Positions 60,158 to 64,000 of a stretch of 64,000 nucleotides of DNA are shown here, in pieces. The notes beneath the pieces are model-generated. The model made no database searches, had not been told where the DNA came from, and saw only the letters and a list, made by a program, of their open reading frames with translations. Origin of the DNA: Candidatus Saccharimonadales bacterium. GTDB taxonomy: Bacteria; Patescibacteriota; Saccharimonadia; Saccharimonadales; 2-12-FULL-41-12. Within the stretch, counting starts at the first letter, position 1. The number at the start of each line of letters is the position of its first letter. The translations under genes and the position numbers were made by a program. The stretch is from contig JANWLD010000001.1 of the NCBI GenBank assembly GCA_025451045.1, positions 273,965 to 337,964 on the forward strand, in the 5' to 3' direction.

Positions 60158-60862
60158 CTAGGTCGCTACAACTAATTCTCCGCCGTTTATTTCTTTTCTT
60201 CGAGGCTTGGCTCTAGCGGCTTTTTTTGCTTCTTTTTCCGCTTCAGTTAATCCTAATTCCTCTCTTGCTTTTCTTGAGGCTTTTCGCGCTCTTACCAATC
60301 TGCTCTTAACCGCAGTCACAGTAATACCATTCTCTTTGGCTATTTCTTCGTAAGATTTTTCTGGTACGTCCCAAGAGAGTGTTGTCCGGACTGTATCGGA
60401 AAGCGATTTAATAGTAAAGAGGTCTTCTTTTAGGAGCAGATACTCCAAGGGGTCTTCATTTTCCGGTAATCTTCCATTTTGCAAAACGGCTATCTCTTCG
60501 TCAAAAGACGCATTTCCCTTATATTTTTTCTCCCTCCTGAGTATATTGCGGGTTGCGTTATTGGTAATAGTAAAAAGCCATTTTCTTAATGAATCAGGGT
60601 ATAAGTCATCGAACCTGTCGATAGCTCCCCAGGCATTCATTAAACTTACTTGTACCACTTCCTCGGCTACCTCAGGCGAGAGGGTCTTTTTTAGAACGAA
60701 TCCATACAATAGGCCAGAATATTCTTCATAAATACCAGCGAAAGCGCTGTCTTTATCTGTCTCTGGAGCATTTGGGTCCTGCAGGGTTAATATGCGAGGG
60801 TCCGGAAATGGTTTTTCGCCGGTGTCATTTTCTGGCTTTGGCTCAAATTCGGGGCCTGTCAT
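60158..60862 (-). CDS. ECF-type RNA polymerase sigma factor (divergent)
   Basis: Region 2 AEEVVQ..AW...F..SLRKWLFTITNN and region 4 SYEEIA..GITVTAVKSRLVRAR. Confidence 0.82.
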   Translation of the reverse strand: MTGPEFEPKPENDTGEKPFPDPRILTLQDPNAPETDKDSAFAGIYEEYSGLLYGFVLKKTLSPEVAEEVVQVSLMNAWGAIDRFDDLYPDSLRKWLFTITNNATRNILRREKKYKGNASFDEEIAVLQNGRLPENEDPLEYLLLKEDLFTIKSLSDTVRTTLSWDVPEKSYEEIAKENGITVTAVKSRLVRARKASRKAREELGLTEAEKEAKKAARAKPRRKEINGGELVVAT

Positions 60863-60910
60863 GTTTGCTATTATACACTAAATTTATAAGTTATGCAAAA
60901 ACGTTACAAG

Positions 60911-61045
60911 TGGTGGGGATGGGGACAGCGCTCCGGCTATTCACGCGGAGCTAACCTTCCCGTTCCCCGCCAGCTGGCGAGTCTCTCATTGAAGGTTCAA
61001 GACACTCAGCCAAAACAAAAACTGGTACAAGACCAGTCCATGTTT
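60911..61045 (-). repeat. tRNA-Leu(CAG) 3' trailer element with anti-T-arm copy and duplicated acceptor end
   Basis: TGGTGGGGATG repeated at 60911 and 61046; TGAAGGTTCAAG inverted copy of the T-arm. Confidence 0.75.
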
Positions 61046-61132
61046 TGGTGGGGATGAAAGGACTTGAACCTTCACGAGCCGAAGCTCACTAGCTCCTGAA
61101 GCTAGCGCGTCTACCAATTCCGCCACATCCCC
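61046..61132 (-). tRNA. tRNA-Leu(CAG)
   Basis: GGGGATG..CTAGC-TTCAGGA-GCTAG, long variable arm, GGTTCAAGTCC, CATCCCCACCA. Confidence 0.97.
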
Positions 61133-61140
61133 GTATTTTT

Positions 61141-61252
61141 AATTGGTGGGCGAGAGGACAGCGCTTCGGCTGTCGCGCCAAGCTAACCTGCCTGGAGGTT
61201 CAAATCTGTCTCCCCGCAATTACGAAACCCCTCCAAAGAGAGATTTAGCAAT
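61141..61252 (-). repeat. tRNA-Leu(GAG) 3' trailer element with anti-T-arm copy and duplicated acceptor end
   Basis: AATTGGTGGGCGAGAG repeated at 61141 and 61250; TGGAGGTTCAA inverted copy of the T-arm. Confidence 0.75.
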
Positions 61253-61339
61253 TGGTGGGCGAGAGAGGACTTGAACCTCCACAGGATTGCTCCCATTGGC
61301 CCCTCAAGCCAACGCGTCTACCAATTCCGCCACTCGCCC
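61253..61339 (-). tRNA. tRNA-Leu(GAG)
   Basis: GGGCGAG..TTGGC-TTGAGGG-GCCAA, long variable arm, CTCGCCCACCA. Confidence 0.97.
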
Positions 61340-61399
61340 GTAAGCACTTATTGTACTATATAACCCAATCTGTTAAATATGCTATACTCGATTATCTAT

Positions 61400-61476
61400 G
61401 GGTGATTAGCTCAGTTGGCTAGAGCATCTCGTTTACACCGAGGGGGTCGGGGGTTCGAGTCCCTCATCACCCACCA
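61400..61476 (+). tRNA. tRNA-Val(TAC)
   Basis: GGGTGAT..TCTCG-TTTACAC-CGAGG..GGTTCGAGTCC..ATCACCCACCA. Confidence 0.97.
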
Positions 61477-61484
61477 AATAAAAT

Positions 61485-61506
61485 AACCAGGCTAGACCTG
61501 GTTTTT
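61485..61506 (+). terminator. Intrinsic terminator after tRNA-Val
   Basis: AACCAGG-CTAGA-CCTGGTT followed by T run. Confidence 0.7.
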
Positions 61507-61555
61507 CTTATAAGATGACCTATCTATATGATAGAATATGAATCTAGTCAAAATT

Positions 61556-63661
61556 ATGGGACAACAGGATACACCGGAAAATTCACCGGAAAAATCAATC
61601 AATACAGGCGCAGGCATAAAAAATGAACTGACCAGTCAAGCGGCAGGCGCATTATCCATAGATCAAGTCCTCGACGAACCACAGATATCCCCAGCAGAAC
61701 AAAGGGCACAGGAAGTTATCGAATGGGCGGAGGGCATATATGATGGATTTGAAGAGCTTCCGGAAACTAATCCCGTAAAGGCTAAAAAGCAAGGGCGGCG
61801 CGACGCAAAGTTCATAGACAAAGCTTTTGAGAAATTCGCGGAAGATGAAGAGAAAAGCAATCTGATAGATAATCCTGACGCTTTGGCCCGATCATTAGAA
61901 GTCTGGTCTATGTGGTCAGAAGAATACGAGGGCAGGGGCGAAGAGTTCGTCGAACTAGTTAACGAAAGATTATATGAATATGGTCGCCGGAATTGGCGTG
62001 AGATTGGCAAGGAAACTTTGGCCGGTCTAGCCCAGGAACTGGCATATTCACCCTTGGCCGAAGAAGGGTTGCAAAGCGTGCTAAAAGGCTATTTTGAAGG
62101 TCCGACCCAGCTTCTGGACCAGCAACATACCCATATCCAGATGGCTTTATCGGCCCAACACGTTCTTAATGACCAAAAAGCCATTGATAAAATCGCCCAG
62201 ATAATTTGTTTTGACACTGCGATTATGCCTTACGGCGACGACATGCATAATACCGTGCAAGGTGATGTGGCCAACCATGCTTATTTTGTGCAGGAAGGCA
62301 AGAATGCCGGTGATTTGAACCGGATCCGAGAAGGTTTAGCCGGTATAAGTTCGCATGGACGTGAAATAGCGACAAGTGTATATGAAAGTAGTAAAGATAA
62401 ACTCGATCAAAAACACTTCACAGCTTTTATGAATACTTATGGCATACGAGATAGGAACTTAGCATCCAAGCTGCTAGATGAAAGAGACTTTTTAAGAATA
62501 AAAGGCTTCATAAACCCAGCTAACTTCCGCGAGAAGTTACCTGAGATTGAAGCTGCTTTCAAAGATGATGAACTAGCGCAAAAAGTGGTCGTTGAATGGT
62601 ATAAGGCTGTAGCCCTTCAGCCTAGCCTTTATATGACGGAATATCATCTCACTTATGGTAACCGGTGGACAGAAGCAAACTGGAAAAGAAAAGAAGTTCA
62701 GGAATTAGGAAAGATTGAACAGGTTATTTCTATCCCGACCGAAGATAACTTCCAATTTGATATATATCTTCCTGATGGCGACATGCATCTAATAGAAGCT
62801 GACATAGAATCAGCCCTAGAGCAATATCGGGTAAAAATTCAACAAATGAAAGAAGCTGACGAAGAGGATTATTTATGCTTAGTTAATGCTAAAACGAATC
62901 CAGATTATGAAGGCACTTATGATGTTGAGTTTGAAATTTCTCTAGGTGGAAGAAATATAATCGCTTGCATACACATTCAATGCGAGTTGGATAGTTTAAG
63001 CGAGCACGATTTGAATAAACTTATGCTGAGCGGTGTTCCGGATATCGAAGGCGAAGGTTTTGCATCCGCTGCCGAAATTTGGGAACGGGTGCAAAATGCC
63101 GAAGAAGAACGATATGTCAGCAAAAGAGGTTTCAAAGTAGATTTCATATCCGAAGACATGCTTGAGGCCGGCTTGCGTTCCATATCTTTCAAGCAAGACC
63201 CGAAAAGGTTGCAGCAACTCATCGCAGCTCTTGATTTTAAGGGCGAGTCGATAAATTATAAACTTGATAGACATGGCAACTTAGATTTGGAAGGCAAACA
63301 AATTTATTCATCAAAACTTGTTGATTTAATTCACCGCCGGACATTGGCCGTGCTTGAACATTACATGGGAAGGGAAGTTTTGGAAGCCGAGGGTGAAACT
63401 ACTTTAGGACCAGGCGAAACTGGAACTATTGCTCGCCCTGCCCGGGTTGTCTTTTTACCTGAGGGCCATAATTTTTCTGAAGAAGCCCGCATGCATTATT
63501 TGCTGCAGCAGGGTAAAGATTTGAAAGTACGGAGCGAAGAACGTCGATTATATAACTCACGCTCACGTGACCGTAATAGCACGTACCGTCAGGCTACAGA
63601 AGTGGATGACCCAAACCTTGACCCGATTGAAATAAAAATAGACAACCCGGCCATCATTTGA
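61556..63661 (+). CDS. Large acidic hypothetical protein
   Basis: About 700-aa open frame with no TM. Start moved to 61556 because TGaTAGAAT abuts the ATG at 61538. Confidence 0.7.
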   Translation: MGQQDTPENSPEKSINTGAGIKNELTSQAAGALSIDQVLDEPQISPAEQRAQEVIEWAEGIYDGFEELPETNPVKAKKQGRRDAKFIDKAFEKFAEDEEKSNLIDNPDALARSLEVWSMWSEEYEGRGEEFVELVNERLYEYGRRNWREIGKETLAGLAQELAYSPLAEEGLQSVLKGYFEGPTQLLDQQHTHIQMALSAQHVLNDQKAIDKIAQIICFDTAIMPYGDDMHNTVQGDVANHAYFVQEGKNAGDLNRIREGLAGISSHGREIATSVYESSKDKLDQKHFTAFMNTYGIRDRNLASKLLDERDFLRIKGFINPANFREKLPEIEAAFKDDELAQKVVVEWYKAVALQPSLYMTEYHLTYGNRWTEANWKRKEVQELGKIEQVISIPTEDNFQFDIYLPDGDMHLIEADIESALEQYRVKIQQMKEADEEDYLCLVNAKTNPDYEGTYDVEFEISLGGRNIIACIHIQCELDSLSEHDLNKLMLSGVPDIEGEGFASAAEIWERVQNAEEERYVSKRGFKVDFISEDMLEAGLRSISFKQDPKRLQQLIAALDFKGESINYKLDRHGNLDLEGKQIYSSKLVDLIHRRTLAVLEHYMGREVLEAEGETTLGPGETGTIARPARVVFLPEGHNFSEEARMHYLLQQGKDLKVRSEERRLYNSRSRDRNSTYRQATEVDDPNLDPIEIKIDNPAII

Positions 63662-63704
63662 TTGATAAGAAAGGCTGGTTTAAGCTATAATTCGTATCTG
63701 TCGT

Positions 63705-63780
63705 GGCTCTTTAGCTCAGTTGGTAGAGCAGAGGCTTGAAGAGCCTTGTGTCCCCAGTTCGAGTCTGGGAGGAGCCACCA
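63705..63780 (+). tRNA. tRNA-Phe(GAA)
   Basis: GGCTCTT..GAGGC-TTGAAGA-GCCTT..AGTTCGAGTCT..GGAGCCACCA. Confidence 0.97.
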
Positions 63781-63879
63781 AGACCGAGTTTGTAAAATTA
63801 GCAACAGCTCTCTCTGAGGGCTGCTTTTATATTCAGGCCATGGTGCTACACTACGAATACTAAGTGAGGGAAAGTGTTT

Positions 63880-64000
63880 ATGAAAAAAAGAGCATTATCA
63901 ATTTTAAGTTCGGCATTTTGTCTGTCCTTGATTGTGGCGGCTTTAGTGCCTTTGTCGGCTTCAGCGGCAACTACAACGATATATAACAATATACCAAGCC
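63880..64000 (+). CDS. Secreted protein, 5' part only
   Basis: MKKRALSILSSAFCLSLIVAALVPLSASA-ATTTIYNNIPS: Sec signal with ASA cleavage site. Confidence 0.7.
   Translation, partial: MKKRALSILSSAFCLSLIVAALVPLSASAATTTIYNNIPS

Noticed and set aside
60911..60960. Additional tRNA or tRNA pseudogene at the duplicated 3' ends (also 61141-61190)
   Set aside because: No D-arm or anticodon arm is present; treated as trailer elements instead.

Overview
Gene-dense, mostly plus-strand bacterial chromosome segment using the standard code (TGA is used as a stop). Gene content and style suggest a Patescibacteria (CPR) genome, most likely Saccharimonadia: short AlaRS, SbcB, pilin-like genes, many single orphans and widespread leaderless starts. 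It carries glycolysis genes (pyk, pgk, tpiA), DNA repair genes (mpg, pcrA, sbcB, uvrA, uvrC) and translation/tRNA genes (rsmA, metG, iscS, mnmA, alaS, obgE, rplY, trhO). It also carries cell-wall enzymes (Rpf-domain protein, mltG, LysM-CHAP), five tRNAs (Glu, Leu, Leu, Val, Phe) and tmRNA. The strongest candidate for an undescribed system is a 7-gene divergent F1-like ATPase operon (23806-29664) between iscS and mnmA. It has b-, delta-, alpha-, gamma-, beta- and epsilon-like genes but no subunit a. Its c-like hairpin lacks the ion-binding carboxylate and is fused to an exported beta-rich domain. Other notable signals are pilin-like genes behind tRNA-Glu and tmRNA with a shared terminator/promoter module, and a 72-bp inverted repeat around tmRNA plus pilin. 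There are also tRNA-matched trailer elements behind both tRNA-Leu genes, a covarying structured repeat flanking an orphan, and an FtsA paralog paired with a baseplate-J-like membrane protein. All calls come from reading motifs by eye; no searches were run.
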